Source: a virus (lineage: Duplodnaviria; Caudoviricetes). Taken from it: a stretch of DNA of 35,869 nt. A program made the translations under genes and the position numbers. The notes under the pieces were generated by a model. The model saw only the letters and a program-made list of their open reading frames with translations. It ran no database searches and was not told the origin of the DNA. The stretch spans positions 1 through 35,869 of the IMG/VR virus record IMGVR_UViG_3300033076_001224; one strand, written 5' to 3'. Of this stretch, positions 1 through 9,147 are shown one piece after another. The stretch's first letter is position 1. Each line of letters starts with the position of its first letter.

Positions 1-3000
1 ATCTGGCGCATTGACTCGGCAAAGATTCGTGCGATCTCTTGAGCGGACGTTCGCGCCGCATCATCTGTGGAGCCTCGAATGCTCATACGCAGGTCGAACG
101 CCTCACGATCCACGGACCGGAGAGACGCTCCGTTTCTCCAGTCGCGCTGAGTGACCTCGTCGGCCTCGTCGATGTTGCTGCGAATGAATCGCTCGCCGAG
201 TCGGCGTTCGATGTCGCGGACTCCGCCCGGCGCGAATCGCGCTGCCATCTGGAGAAGCTGCGGCGCGATAAACTCCTCGCGTCCGGACTCCTGCATTCTG
301 CGCACAATCCTCCACGCATTTCTGGACTGCATGCGTCCTCCGTAACCCGCGCCACCAAGCGAGTCGGCGTGCTGAGTCATGCGCTGCTGACGAGCCTCCA
401 GTTGACGCAGTTCTTCGCGTTGCAGGTTGATTCGCGCCTGCACCAGTTCGTTGCGAGCGCGCTCTTGTTCCAGGCTTACTTCGCGTAGCCTGCGCTCTTC
501 CTGCATAAGCTGCGTATTTGCTGAGGCGCGGTTTCCTAATGCGGTTATGTAAGCCGCTCTCTGTTCGATGCGGTCCGCCCTCCAGGACGCGGCATTTCGC
601 ACTGAAGCAGATGTTCCTGTCGCGGTTCCGATCGGATTTAGATGCGCGTCACCAAGAAAGTCTTGACGCGCCAGTGTGTTCGTAAGACGTTCCCCGGCTC
701 GGTTTGCAGTAGCTCTTCTCGAAGCAGCCTCTCGCTGCCAGTGGTCCCGTGATCCTGTCTGTCCTTGCAGAGTCATGTCGGCAGCGATGTATCTGCGCTG
801 CGCCTGCACAATCGCGTCTCTGGCAGCCAGAAGGCCAGCCTCTTCGTTAGCGCGTATTCCTCCCAGCGACGTGGTGCTGTCGGTGTACTGCCCACGCTCA
901 AGGCCCACCGCATTGAACGCTCGCGCGGTGTTGACAGGCGATCTTGCTTCCGCAATGATTTCGGACCGCTGCTCCGCGTAGGCCGCTCTTATTGGTCTTT
1001 CTGCGTCGGCAAACATGAGCCTCGTGTTCGCTTGACGAATGCGATCAGGGATGTTTTCTAGCGCATCGTTGAATCCGGCAATTTTTGCCGCGCCCGGCAC
1101 CCAAGTCGTCACTATGCTTCTCGCCTTGTCTGCGGCGTTTATTTGCGAGTTTGCCGCAATATTCATGGAGGTAGTGACCTTTTCAACTACCTCGCCGAGC
1201 GCTTTAATCGCCAGGATTGCCTTGCCGAGCGGGCCGTTCATCAGCCCAAACAGTCCGCCGATTTCCTGCTGTCCTGACGGTTGCGGCTGAACGATATGCC
1301 CGTACATCTGATTGTACATCTGCTGCTGCAAAAACTGCATGGACGCAGCCTGCATCGCGGCATGCTGCTGGCGCACGGTAAAATTACCTACTATCCCGCC
1401 TGGAGCGTAGTGGCGCTCGGGGTCGTCTACCTCGCCGCCCGTCGCGTACCGCTTGCCGGACCGCTGCTTGAGCAGGTTGGTCATCCATGTCGGCACGATG
1501 ATATCGCCGTGGTTGGCAAGGATCGGTTCGTCATCTCCGCCGGTGCCGAACCGTTGCTTGATCATGGTTCCGACGTTGGACCCGCGCGGCACGTAAAGCT
1601 CGCCGGGCGTCGTGTAGATAAGCTGGGTGCCCTCGCCAAATTTTTTGGCGACCGTTCCGCCGGAAGCGAAGCGGATGCCGTTTCGTGCGGCAATTTCCTT
1701 TTCCATCGCGTTAAGTTCGTGTCGGTTCTCCCACCCTTCTGGCGCGTGAATGTCATACTCGAACGGCAGCCCGCGTGCGAAGTTGTCGATCCACGGGTAC
1801 TGTCTCTCGCTGAGTTGCTTCAACTGTTCCTTGATGGCGATCACATCCTTGACGCCACCCTGCTTGGTGGTCACGGACGCCCAGGTAATCGGGTGCGCGG
1901 CGCGGACGCTCAGGCCCGCACGAGCGCCCGCGTAGAACAATGCCGATTGATAGATCGGAAGCTGGGCGTCACTGATTCCCATGTCCTCATAGTCGAGCAC
2001 CTTGCCACCCTGGAGTCGGTACGCCTCCTTTTCTGCCTTCTTCAGGTTCGAGTACGCCTGCACTTCGTCGACGCCGAAAAGGCCGACACGCGCCACCTTG
2101 GTATCGACGACAGGGTTGCCGCCAGCGATCAGTCGCATGGCGTCGTGGTAGTCGCGGGTCTTGGTGTGCTTCGGCTTCGGGTTGATCTCGCGCACACCGG
2201 TCTTGCGATTCTTTTTCCGGTATGTGATGTCACGCCCGAGGAACGCGTCCGACAAGTCCAGGAGCCGCGACTCCGGAAGGCCAAGCACCTTAATAACACT
2301 GCGGTACGCTTCAACGTCATCGACGTTGCGGGTCTCTTCAAGCTGGTTGAAGACGCCGATAGTCATGTCCAGGACCTTGCGGTCGAGGCTGCTTCGGGAG
2401 TTGCCAGCGTAGATCCGGCGAAACAGCGCGCGAGCCTCTGGACTCAGGCTGGTGCCGCGCATCCCGTGCTCGAAGTGCTGGTAATATTGGCCGAACGCCC
2501 GCATCTTCGGATCGGCACCCATGAGTGCCTCGAAGAAGTTTTGCTCGATTGTACTGCCAGCGACGCCATGAATGAAGTGGTCGGGAAGCTCGGACCGCTT
2601 GATCGGCTGGAATTGATCTACGACCATGCCGTTGGCTGCGTGTCGCTCGATTCCTAGCAATTGCGCGAGCGGAGAATTATGGTCGAAGTGCGTAACGAAC
2701 GGAGCCTTGCTTTGCTTCATGTTTGCCGTGATGCTCGACAAATGCTTCGAGTCTTTCGCAAGACCCTCTGGGTATCCGGCAGCGATCAAAAAGTCCGTCG
2801 TAGTCGAAGGCTTTTCGAGCCGATGCATGTACTGGCCATGCGAAGCATACTCATAGAGAGCGTGCTTCTTTTCCGGATGCGCAATCGTGCCGTTTTTAAC
2901 CAGAATTTCTGTGATATTGAACGCGGTCGCATTGGACCCTCGATGCTCGCTGGCGTAAGCAAGCGCCGTAGGATCGATCAGATTATTGAAGATCCCTCGG

Positions 3001-4277
3001 CGCTCATCCGGAGTAAGACCAACGCGGCGCATTCCGTAACTCGCGAGCCGCGCTCGCGTCTTGATCGCCATTTCGGAAATGTTGGTTTTTGTGTTTTTCA
3101 GCAGGGCTGTTTGTAGTTTTTCGTCTTCCGAAGTCAGTTTTCTTCCTTCAAGCAACATTTCTTTTGGATTGCGGACCGCGTGCGCCATCGCGTCATGCAC
3201 GTCCTTTGGTAGATCTTGATGAAGGAAAAGATTCCCCAGAAGGCCTGTCTGCATGCTAAGATCGTCTGCAACAGAGACGAACGGCGAAAAGTACGCGCGG
3301 CCCCCCTGCTGATGTGCCCGCATTACGACCTTTTCGATCTGAGTGCGCAAGCCAGGCTTCAGGTATGCCGCAGACACGCCAGGAATGACCTCCGGAAAAG
3401 TAAACCCTCCGCCAAGTAGCGCTCCTGTCTTTTGGTGATACCCGGCAAGCGTGTCGTACATCGTGTTGATCAGGACGTTTGGTCCGGACCCAAACTTCGG
3501 ACCGTCCTTATTTGAGAGCGTGCCCCCTCCGCCAAAGTGAAGGTCCCCTGAAATCATGCGTTGCAACAAGGTCCGATAGCGACGCGACGGCCCAACAGGA
3601 ATTACCGTCTCTCCAGGCGTCGCGCGGATCGGCTCGTCGTCTCCGCCGGTGCCATAGCGCTGCTGAACGATGCCGCCACGAGCCATACGCGTCCCGATCA
3701 GTCCAGCCGCCGAGGCGAAGGCGTTGATCAGTCTGCTCCAGATCGAGTCCGGAGGAGCGGACGGAGCGATCGGTGTCTTGGTGACTGTGGGCGTCACGTC
3801 CGACTCGGACGGCTTCACGGCGACGACGGGAGCGACCACGAGCACGCGTTGCGCCGACAAAGTTGGCGAGTCACGCATTGCGGCGTCGACGGTCGTCTTG
3901 GCCTTCGTACCAACGTCCGGGATTTTTTCGCGCGAGTAGTAGTACGACGTCTGCTGGGCAGACGAAGACGCGATGCTGCGTGTAACTGTTGGCTGCGACT
4001 GCATGACGATGGCGGGAGATTCGCCGACCGTGGAGCCTGGAGTGCCCCGGTACTTGCTGATGCGTGCGTGAACCGCCTCGATCGCCTCAAGCTTCTCACG
4101 CAGTCGATCGGCCTGTGAGATCTCGAACTTCAGGAAATCGCGGGACGGGCGTGCGCTCCTGATGCGCTCCTGGGCACGTTCCACGGCGCTCAGGACGTCC
4201 AGCAAGCCACGCGCGGACTTGGCTTCGGCCTGGACATCCACCTTGATTTGCAGTTTGGCTTCCCGCTCGATAGCCAT
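1..4277 (-). CDS. Tape-measure-like protein, partial (>1420 aa, runs off window)
   Basis: ATG at 4277 with GAGGTG RBS (MAIEREAKLQIKVDVQ...). Spot-translated segments are open down to base 1, consistent with its absence from the ORF track. It follows the tail chaperones, has Ala/Arg/Gln-rich helical parts and repeated [FY]AxGG motifs. Confidence 0.8.
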   Translation of the reverse strand, partial: MAIEREAKLQIKVDVQAEAKSARGLLDVLSAVERAQERIRSARPSRDFLKFEISQADRLREKLEAIEAVHARISKYRGTPGSTVGESPAIVMQSQPTVTRSIASSSAQQTSYYYSREKIPDVGTKAKTTVDAAMRDSPTLSAQRVLVVAPVVAVKPSESDVTPTVTKTPIAPSAPPDSIWSRLINAFASAAGLIGTRMARGGIVQQRYGTGGDDEPIRATPGETVIPVGPSRRYRTLLQRMISGDLHFGGGGTLSNKDGPKFGSGPNVLINTMYDTLAGYHQKTGALLGGGFTFPEVIPGVSAAYLKPGLRTQIEKVVMRAHQQGGRAYFSPFVSVADDLSMQTGLLGNLFLHQDLPKDVHDAMAHAVRNPKEMLLEGRKLTSEDEKLQTALLKNTKTNISEMAIKTRARLASYGMRRVGLTPDERRGIFNNLIDPTALAYASEHRGSNATAFNITEILVKNGTIAHPEKKHALYEYASHGQYMHRLEKPSTTTDFLIAAGYPEGLAKDSKHLSSITANMKQSKAPFVTHFDHNSPLAQLLGIERHAANGMVVDQFQPIKRSELPDHFIHGVAGSTIEQNFFEALMGADPKMRAFGQYYQHFEHGMRGTSLSPEARALFRRIYAGNSRSSLDRKVLDMTIGVFNQLEETRNVDDVEAYRSVIKVLGLPESRLLDLSDAFLGRDITYRKKNRKTGVREINPKPKHTKTRDYHDAMRLIAGGNPVVDTKVARVGLFGVDEVQAYSNLKKAEKEAYRLQGGKVLDYEDMGISDAQLPIYQSALFYAGARAGLSVRAAHPITWASVTTKQGGVKDVIAIKEQLKQLSERQYPWIDNFARGLPFEYDIHAPEGWENRHELNAMEKEIAARNGIRFASGGTVAKKFGEGTQLIYTTPGELYVPRGSNVGTMIKQRFGTGGDDEPILANHGDIIVPTWMTNLLKQRSGKRYATGGEVDDPERHYAPGGIVGNFTVRQQHAAMQAASMQFLQQQMYNQMYGHIVQPQPSGQQEIGGLFGLMNGPLGKAILAIKALGEVVEKVTTSMNIAANSQINAADKARSIVTTWVPGAAKIAGFNDALENIPDRIRQANTRLMFADAERPIRAAYAEQRSEIIAEARSPVNTARAFNAVGLERGQYTDSTTSLGGIRANEEAGLLAARDAIVQAQRRYIAADMTLQGQTGSRDHWQREAASRRATANRAGERLTNTLARQDFLGDAHLNPIGTATGTSASVRNAASWRADRIEQRAAYITALGNRASANTQLMQEERRLREVSLEQERARNELVQARINLQREELRQLEARQQRMTQHADSLGGAGYGGRMQSRNAWRIVRRMQESGREEFIAPQLLQMAARFAPGGVRDIERRLGERFIRSNIDEADEVTQRDWRNGASLRSVDREAFDLRMSIRGSTDDAARTSAQEIARIFAESMRQ

Positions 4278-4289
4278 GCGGTCACCTCG

Positions 4290-4320
4290 AAAACAAAAAG
4301 GGCCAGCTTAATGCTGGCCC
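4290..4320 (-). terminator. Intrinsic terminator-like hairpin
   Basis: GGGCCAGC/GCTGGCCC stem with 5-nt loop, followed by TTTTTGTTTT on the minus strand. Confidence 0.7.
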
Positions 4321-4333
4321 CTCGTTGGTGGTC

Positions 4334-4767
4334 CTAGCGCACCAGCGACGTCGTCGCTGCGGTCATGACCAAGGATCGTAAGATCGAATCCCTATGGGCG
4401 TCCCGCAGGCCCTTAATGATCGAAGCGTTGTACGCCACGATCGGATCGACCTCGCCGGTTTCCGGATCCACCGGGAAGTGCCTGGTCGCATTGCAGCGGT
4501 CGTAGTGCTCGATCGCGACCCAGTGCTTCTCTTCCGGCTCGATCGCGTTGTAAGCGACCCTGTCGTCCGGATTCTCCATGTGCGCCGTCTTCGGGCACTT
4601 GAAACACGGCGGCAGCACGCCCTTCGGTCTCGGGAAAGGCTTGTCGCTGCCGCGTAGCTTCTTTACTTTGCCGTCGTCATCGTAGATCCACTTGAAGCAG
4701 TCCGAGCACGACCTGCCAAGAAACGGACTGTCTTCAAGAACCATTCGGACGGCTAGTCGGAGTTTTT
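4334..4767 (-). CDS. Tail assembly chaperone, -1 frameshift extension (lambda gpT-like)
   Basis: The -1 frame reads KLRLAVRMVLEDSPF... directly after the slippery site; lies between the chaperone and the tape measure; contains CSDC and CFKC. Confidence 0.75.
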
Positions 4768-5097
4768 TGCGTCGAGCTTGGCCCGATCCGGGCCATACGA
4801 GCACAGGCAATCGACGATGAAAGCAATCACGGGCGGAGGCACGCGCGCCAGGACCTTGGAGTCCTTGAAGTCGAGTTGCATACCCGCCTCATCGGTAACG
4901 TCCCACGACACAAGGTGCTCGCGAATCAGCTTCGCGTTTTCCTGAAAAACCTGCTTGCCGTTCTCTTTCGGGACGGCGCGGTACTCGTAGTAACGATCCG
5001 ACAGGACTGGACGATAGGAGAACTTGAACTTCGGGATCCAGTGCTGTCCCGGAAATTCATCTGTCTCGGTGTAGCCGTCACGAATCACAAAAGGCAT
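4753..5097 (-). CDS. Tail assembly chaperone (lambda gpG-like)
   Basis: Follows the tail tube gene; ATG 5097 with GGAG RBS; slippery site at its end. Confidence 0.75.
   Translation of the reverse strand: MPFVIRDGYTETDEFPGQHWIPKFKFSYRPVLSDRYYEYRAVPKENGKQVFQENAKLIREHLVSWDVTDEAGMQLDFKDSKVLARVPPPVIAFIVDCLCSYGPDRAKLDAKNSD
4762..4768 (-). other. Programmed -1 frameshift slippery heptamer A-AAA-AAC
   Basis: GCA AAA AAC TCC GAC TAG at the chaperone 3' end; a -1 slip enters the downstream ORF. Confidence 0.8.
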
Positions 5098-5131
5098 CTC
5101 TGTCTCTCCCCGTACTGGTGGATTGTTGATC

Positions 5132-5145
5132 GTCAAATTTTTGAC
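5132..5145. promoter_or_regulatory. Palindromic motif GTCAAA-TT-TTTGAC
   Basis: Exact copy of the recurring 14-mer, intergenic. Confidence 0.6.
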
Positions 5146-5161
5146 GCTGCCATTAAGCTAG

Positions 5162-5205
5162 AAAAAGCCCGATACGGCACCGCGAGAACGCGCCGCATCG
5201 GGCTT
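5162..5205 (-). terminator. Intrinsic terminator after tail tube gene
   Basis: AAGCCCGAT...ATCGGGCTT long stem followed by a T run on the minus strand. Confidence 0.7.
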
Positions 5206-5233
5206 GGCTTGTCGCAATCCAATCTGCCTTTTG

Positions 5234-6112
5234 TTATGGCGTGCTATCGAGCGTCAGCACCAGTTCCTTGGTCGTTCCCGTCATGAACGCCTCGCCCTCG
5301 ATCTCCAACATGACCTCTTTGCGGTTGGGCACCTGCGGCGTTCGTGCCGGAAAGATCAGGTTGGCCATGGTGAACACCAGGCTGGTGTTTCCGTTGGTGA
5401 GCGTCGCCGTGACAGCGGCACCCGTCTCGCCGCTACGGTAGACGGTCGTGTAGGCGGTGTCATATGGGATCATAGTCTTGAACGTGGTGCGCCGGTCAAG
5501 CGCCAGAATCCCGGCGAGCGTGTTGCTGTTGAAGAAGCGGTCCTTGTCGATCATGTTGTTGATGGTGACGTCAAAATTCTTGCACTGGACCGTGGTGCCA
5601 CCAACAACCAGGACGAGGTCGCTAAGGATAAATGGCTGCGTGGTCAGGTCGATCGCAAGCGACGGGAACGTGCCCGCGTTGCCTTCCGTCTCGGAGATTC
5701 CGACGAGCCCGAGGTTCACCTTGAGCGGTTCACCTTGAGCGCACGAGAACGTCGCGGTGTCAACCCCGACGCCGTCGTAGGTGTGGACCTTCGCGACCCG
5801 ATCGATCGTGACGTACCTCGTCTGGAGCGTCTCCGCGAGTGCGAACGTGGTCCCGGACGCGTTCGCACCGAGGATCCATGGAAGCAACAGGGCAAGCTCG
5901 ACCGCTGACGGTTCCATTTCCAGGGTTCCGGCGACGCGTTGCAGGCTTGGACGCGTACGTTCCCCATGCCGCGAGCGCGTGCCCGACATGCCGTCTGCCC
6001 GGGTGATGTCTTCCGTGATACCGAGTGAGCAGGACAGGAAGTCAAACTGCGCCGTCACGGGGTTGCTGGAATCAATCCCCAGCTTGGACGCAAATGAGGC
6101 GGATGCGGTCAT
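5234..6112 (-). CDS. Major tail tube protein
   Basis: 292 aa, Thr/Gly-rich beta-type sequence, AGGAG RBS, directly upstream of the chaperones and tape measure. Confidence 0.8.
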   Translation of the reverse strand: MTASASFASKLGIDSSNPVTAQFDFLSCSLGITEDITRADGMSGTRSRHGERTRPSLQRVAGTLEMEPSAVELALLLPWILGANASGTTFALAETLQTRYVTIDRVAKVHTYDGVGVDTATFSCAQGEPLKVNLGLVGISETEGNAGTFPSLAIDLTTQPFILSDLVLVVGGTTVQCKNFDVTINNMIDKDRFFNSNTLAGILALDRRTTFKTMIPYDTAYTTVYRSGETGAAVTATLTNGNTSLVFTMANLIFPARTPQVPNRKEVMLEIEGEAFMTGTTKELVLTLDSTP

Positions 6113-6124
6113 TATTGGCTCCTG

Positions 6125-6164
6125 AAAAAAAATAAGGACCAGGAATCAATGCTCCTGGCCCCTT
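6125..6164 (-). terminator. Intrinsic terminator-like hairpin before tail tube gene
   Basis: GGGCCAGGAG/TTCCTGGTCC stem followed by TTATTTTTTTT on the minus strand. Confidence 0.7.
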
Positions 6165-6177
6165 GCGGTGATCCGGC

Positions 6178-6191
6178 GTCTATTTTTTGAC
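6178..6191. promoter_or_regulatory. Degenerate palindromic motif GTCTAT-TT-TTTGAC
   Basis: Two mismatches to the recurring 14-mer; intergenic. Confidence 0.4.
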
Positions 6192-6204
6192 AATCATGGC
6201 CATT

Positions 6205-7521
6205 CTATTTTTTGCGCCACTCGTTCGCGTTAAATTGCGCGACAAACCCGTCGTGCTTGCTGTAGCAGATCGCCTGAGCCGCGCGACCCTGTCCGCCGAC
6301 GTAGCCCTTCTTGTAGTGCCACAGGTCTGTGCCCGCGAGTGACGACAGAATCCTGACCATAACTCCGTCGTGCGTGTCCGCTGTGTTGTAGTGCGTCTCC
6401 TTGGGCTTGTGCTTGTCGCCCACGAGCCACTCCCGACACTTGGACTCCGCCCACTCCTTGGGCCACTCCTGCGCCATGATGCCTGGCAGTGTTGACGGTT
6501 TCTCGTCGCACCCGTGCGTGCAACCGATCAGGTTGATGCCGTAATGAATGCGCTTGCGTGGCCGAGGCGACGCGTCCACCGTGACGTGCTTGCTGGATCG
6601 GAACCAGGCCTCGATGGTCTTGGCGAGCATGAACGAAGATAGGTAGTCGTGATTCCCTGGAATCCAGATCACCTCGACCGGAGCGTGCCGAGCCAGATAG
6701 TCCACCAGTCGAATGACCGCCATCTGGCCGACCTCGAAGATCTTTGCGAAGCGACCATCAACATCCTGGGGCGTGCCCGAGGTGGTTGCCATGTCCATGC
6801 CGTCGACGTGCAGGAAGTCATGCCCGATCGGCAGAACGAAGCGATCAACCTCGAAGCCAGACGCCTTACGCATTAGCTCGGCACCAGCGCTCTCGTAAAG
6901 CGACTCGGCGATCCGGAGGTCGTAGTTGTCGCCGGTTTCGTCCGCCCATGCCAGCTTGCCGAAGTGGTGGTCGTGCAGGCCGATGTAAACGAGGTGCGGG
7001 TCTTTGGCTTTGCCCTTCGGCAAGGAAATCGACTTTTTTGGGGCAAACTTAGCCAGCCGATCGGCAAGTCCAACTGCGGCGTCAGTCACGATCTTGGGCA
7101 GTTTTCGCCGCAGAAATACCTTGACTTGCCATAGCTCAACCACCACAAGTTGGTCGGCACTGGCTCCGCCCTGACGCAGCTTGGAGCCGACATCCCACTT
7201 GTTGGACACGTAGCGATCGACCTCCCAGATCTCGGTATCGATCTTGGCTGCCTCCATGGCATCCTGAAGCGTCCGGATCGTTGCGCTGCGGGACGTGATC
7301 ACGATCGACTTGTCATTCTCGACGACCTCGAACTTCTCTCCCGTGTCTTTTTTCGCGCCGCGTTTCTTGACTGGAGCGACCTCGCGCCGCTTGTGCTCGA
7401 CAGCCTTGAAGGTTCGCCCGAGAGCCTCAGCGATCTCCAGGGAGGTGAAACCTTGCTCGACGTACCGTTTCAGGTCCTCGATCTCGTCCTGGCTCCACGG
7501 CGGTGCTGGCGACCGGCTCAT
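6205..7521 (-). CDS. Calcineurin-like metallophosphoesterase with N-terminal Myb/HTH-like domain
   Basis: Motifs DHH, GHD, GNHD, HG, GDKH; N-terminus WSQDEIEDLKRYVEQGFTSLEIAEALGRT. Confidence 0.8.
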   Translation of the reverse strand: MSRSPAPPWSQDEIEDLKRYVEQGFTSLEIAEALGRTFKAVEHKRREVAPVKKRGAKKDTGEKFEVVENDKSIVITSRSATIRTLQDAMEAAKIDTEIWEVDRYVSNKWDVGSKLRQGGASADQLVVVELWQVKVFLRRKLPKIVTDAAVGLADRLAKFAPKKSISLPKGKAKDPHLVYIGLHDHHFGKLAWADETGDNYDLRIAESLYESAGAELMRKASGFEVDRFVLPIGHDFLHVDGMDMATTSGTPQDVDGRFAKIFEVGQMAVIRLVDYLARHAPVEVIWIPGNHDYLSSFMLAKTIEAWFRSSKHVTVDASPRPRKRIHYGINLIGCTHGCDEKPSTLPGIMAQEWPKEWAESKCREWLVGDKHKPKETHYNTADTHDGVMVRILSSLAGTDLWHYKKGYVGGQGRAAQAICYSKHDGFVAQFNANEWRKK

Positions 7522-7534
7522 GCGTTGCCCCTTG

Positions 7535-8239
7535 TTAGATCAGCCCTCGCGGTCGGCGTACCTTGAAGCTGATGCCGATGCTTGAGGACAGGTAGTTCTT
7601 CAGAAACATCCCCGGATTGAAAACAAGGTCAGGCTTGATGTCGCAGTCCCAGTTGATTCCGGCCAGGCGCTGCTTGATGAACGCAGAGATTACCTTCTCG
7701 CGAAATCCAGTGACTGCGGAAAGGTTGGCGACGCTGTCATGATTCTGCTTGGCGATGTAGCAAACAACCGACGGGTAGAGGATGTCGTCCTGCGTATTGG
7801 TCCCTCCCGGAAACTCCTCGCTGCCAACCGGGCACACATAAATCAACGGCAGGTAAGCAAGCTCAGGGTCCGTGTCGCGCGGCAGCCACTTCAAGACGAC
7901 ACGCCCAGACGCCAGGACGCCCGTTTCCAAGACGCGCACAACGATCGCGTCAAGGATACGCTTGTGAACTGGGTCCGTGCCCGTGGAGAAGGCTTGTCGG
8001 TACGCTGGCCCGAGGCTTCCTGCGGACACAAGCTGGAATAAATAATGGCCCGTAGCCAGGGCGAGATTCAGTGTGCCGTCGCCGGTCCGTGTCCCCGCGA
8101 GCGTCCACGAGTAAGACTGGATCGCACCGGTATAGGCGGAGTAGTAGACCTGATTGGACGCGCCGACCGAGGTGCCTCCAATCGTCGCGACTCCTCCCGT
8201 GCCGTCTGCGTTATCAGTGACCGTCAAAGTGATCGCCAT
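7535..8239 (-). CDS. Putative tail completion/terminator protein with N-terminal beta-rich extension
   Basis: Position in the neck-tail block; Gly/Thr-rich N-terminal part and alpha/beta C-terminal part. Confidence 0.45.
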   Translation of the reverse strand: MAITLTVTDNADGTGGVATIGGTSVGASNQVYYSAYTGAIQSYSWTLAGTRTGDGTLNLALATGHYLFQLVSAGSLGPAYRQAFSTGTDPVHKRILDAIVVRVLETGVLASGRVVLKWLPRDTDPELAYLPLIYVCPVGSEEFPGGTNTQDDILYPSVVCYIAKQNHDSVANLSAVTGFREKVISAFIKQRLAGINWDCDIKPDLVFNPGMFLKNYLSSSIGISFKVRRPRGLI

Positions 8240-8248
8240 GTGGTGGCC

Positions 8249-8653
8249 TTACTTTTTTGCGGCGAATCGTGTGTACTTTTCGGTCCCGCTGGTTCCTTCC
8301 TCGTCGTGAGCAGTCCACTCTCCGCTCATGGACTGCGCGCCAGCAGCCATCTCAAGGATCGTGACGCCACGCAGCACCTCCTTGGTTCCGACAGACCTCC
8401 AGCTAATAACGATCACGCTGCCCTTGCGATGCACAGCGCCGACCGAGTGGTTGCCGTTGACCACGGAGTCGATTTGCCACGCCGTATCCGAGGCTCGAAT
8501 GATCTGACAGACCCCGGAGTATTCCTTGCCCTTCTCCTCGCCCGTCACGATCCAGATTCCGCTGAGATTGTCCGGCCTTACCGGCGGCTCGCTGTGGCTG
8601 TCAGCAACACAGAAAGCAAACATCATCAGACAGGTCGCTAAGATTCGAGTCAC
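8249..8653 (-). CDS. Exported small beta-barrel-like protein
   Basis: Signal-peptide-like N-terminus; LSGIW motif and alternating beta strands. Confidence 0.5.
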   Translation of the reverse strand: MTRILATCLMMFAFCVADSHSEPPVRPDNLSGIWIVTGEEKGKEYSGVCQIIRASDTAWQIDSVVNGNHSVGAVHRKGSVIVISWRSVGTKEVLRGVTILEMAAGAQSMSGEWTAHDEEGTSGTEKYTRFAAKK

Positions 8654-8664
8654 TGGTATGCTCC

Positions 8665-9132
8665 TTATTGCGTCGGCTCGCGTCCCGTTAAAATAAATTC
8701 ACCTATATGGGAAACGCCAGCCTCGATTAGTTGGTCCGCCATATCCTCGCCAATCCCAAGCCACGGGCGTGCGGGCATGTTTCTGGTTCCCGTGAGATGG
8801 AAGACGCCGTACTTGGGCTCGGGAACCTCGATCAGAAGCGATCGTGAGTCAATTGTTGGCGACGACCCGGCGGCGACTGCTTTAGTCATTAGAAGCCCCG
8901 TCAGGAGCAGAGGCACTCCCTTGCGGTAGTAGATCGGCTTCCAGGGGTTCCCTTCCGGGTCCTCGCTCGCCAAGAACCCTTGCAGCGTCTTGATGCGCAC
9001 CCACTCGGCTGTGTTGCGCAGGAATCCGCCGATCTCCGGACGCTCGGATCGCTGAATGACCTCGTCAACGATCCGGTACGCCTCCGGAAAATCCTGAGCC
9101 CGCAGCGACAGCAGCATTATCAGCCGACCCAT
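8665..9132 (-). CDS. Phage virion morphogenesis protein (Mu gpG / P2 gpS-like)
   Basis: DPEGNPWKP, LLLTGLL and YGVFHLTGTRNMPARPWLG motifs. Confidence 0.8.
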   Translation of the reverse strand: MGRLIMLLSLRAQDFPEAYRIVDEVIQRSERPEIGGFLRNTAEWVRIKTLQGFLASEDPEGNPWKPIYYRKGVPLLLTGLLMTKAVAAGSSPTIDSRSLLIEVPEPKYGVFHLTGTRNMPARPWLGIGEDMADQLIEAGVSHIGEFILTGREPTQ

Positions 9133-9147
9133 GCGGACTCCTCGCGA

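Noticed and set aside
644-671. GCGCGTC...GACGCGC inverted repeat
   Set aside because: Inside coding sequence, spacing differs from the 14-bp motif and there is no U-tract; likely chance
1281-2657. 458-aa plus-strand ORF and other plus-strand ORFs in 1-4200
   Set aside because: Antisense shadows of the tape-measure frame; no recognisable motifs
5132-5145. Palindrome as a CtsR box or ECF-sigma -10 element
   Set aside because: CtsR sites are direct GTCAAA repeats rather than inverted ones, and no GGAAC-type -35 lies at the expected spacing here
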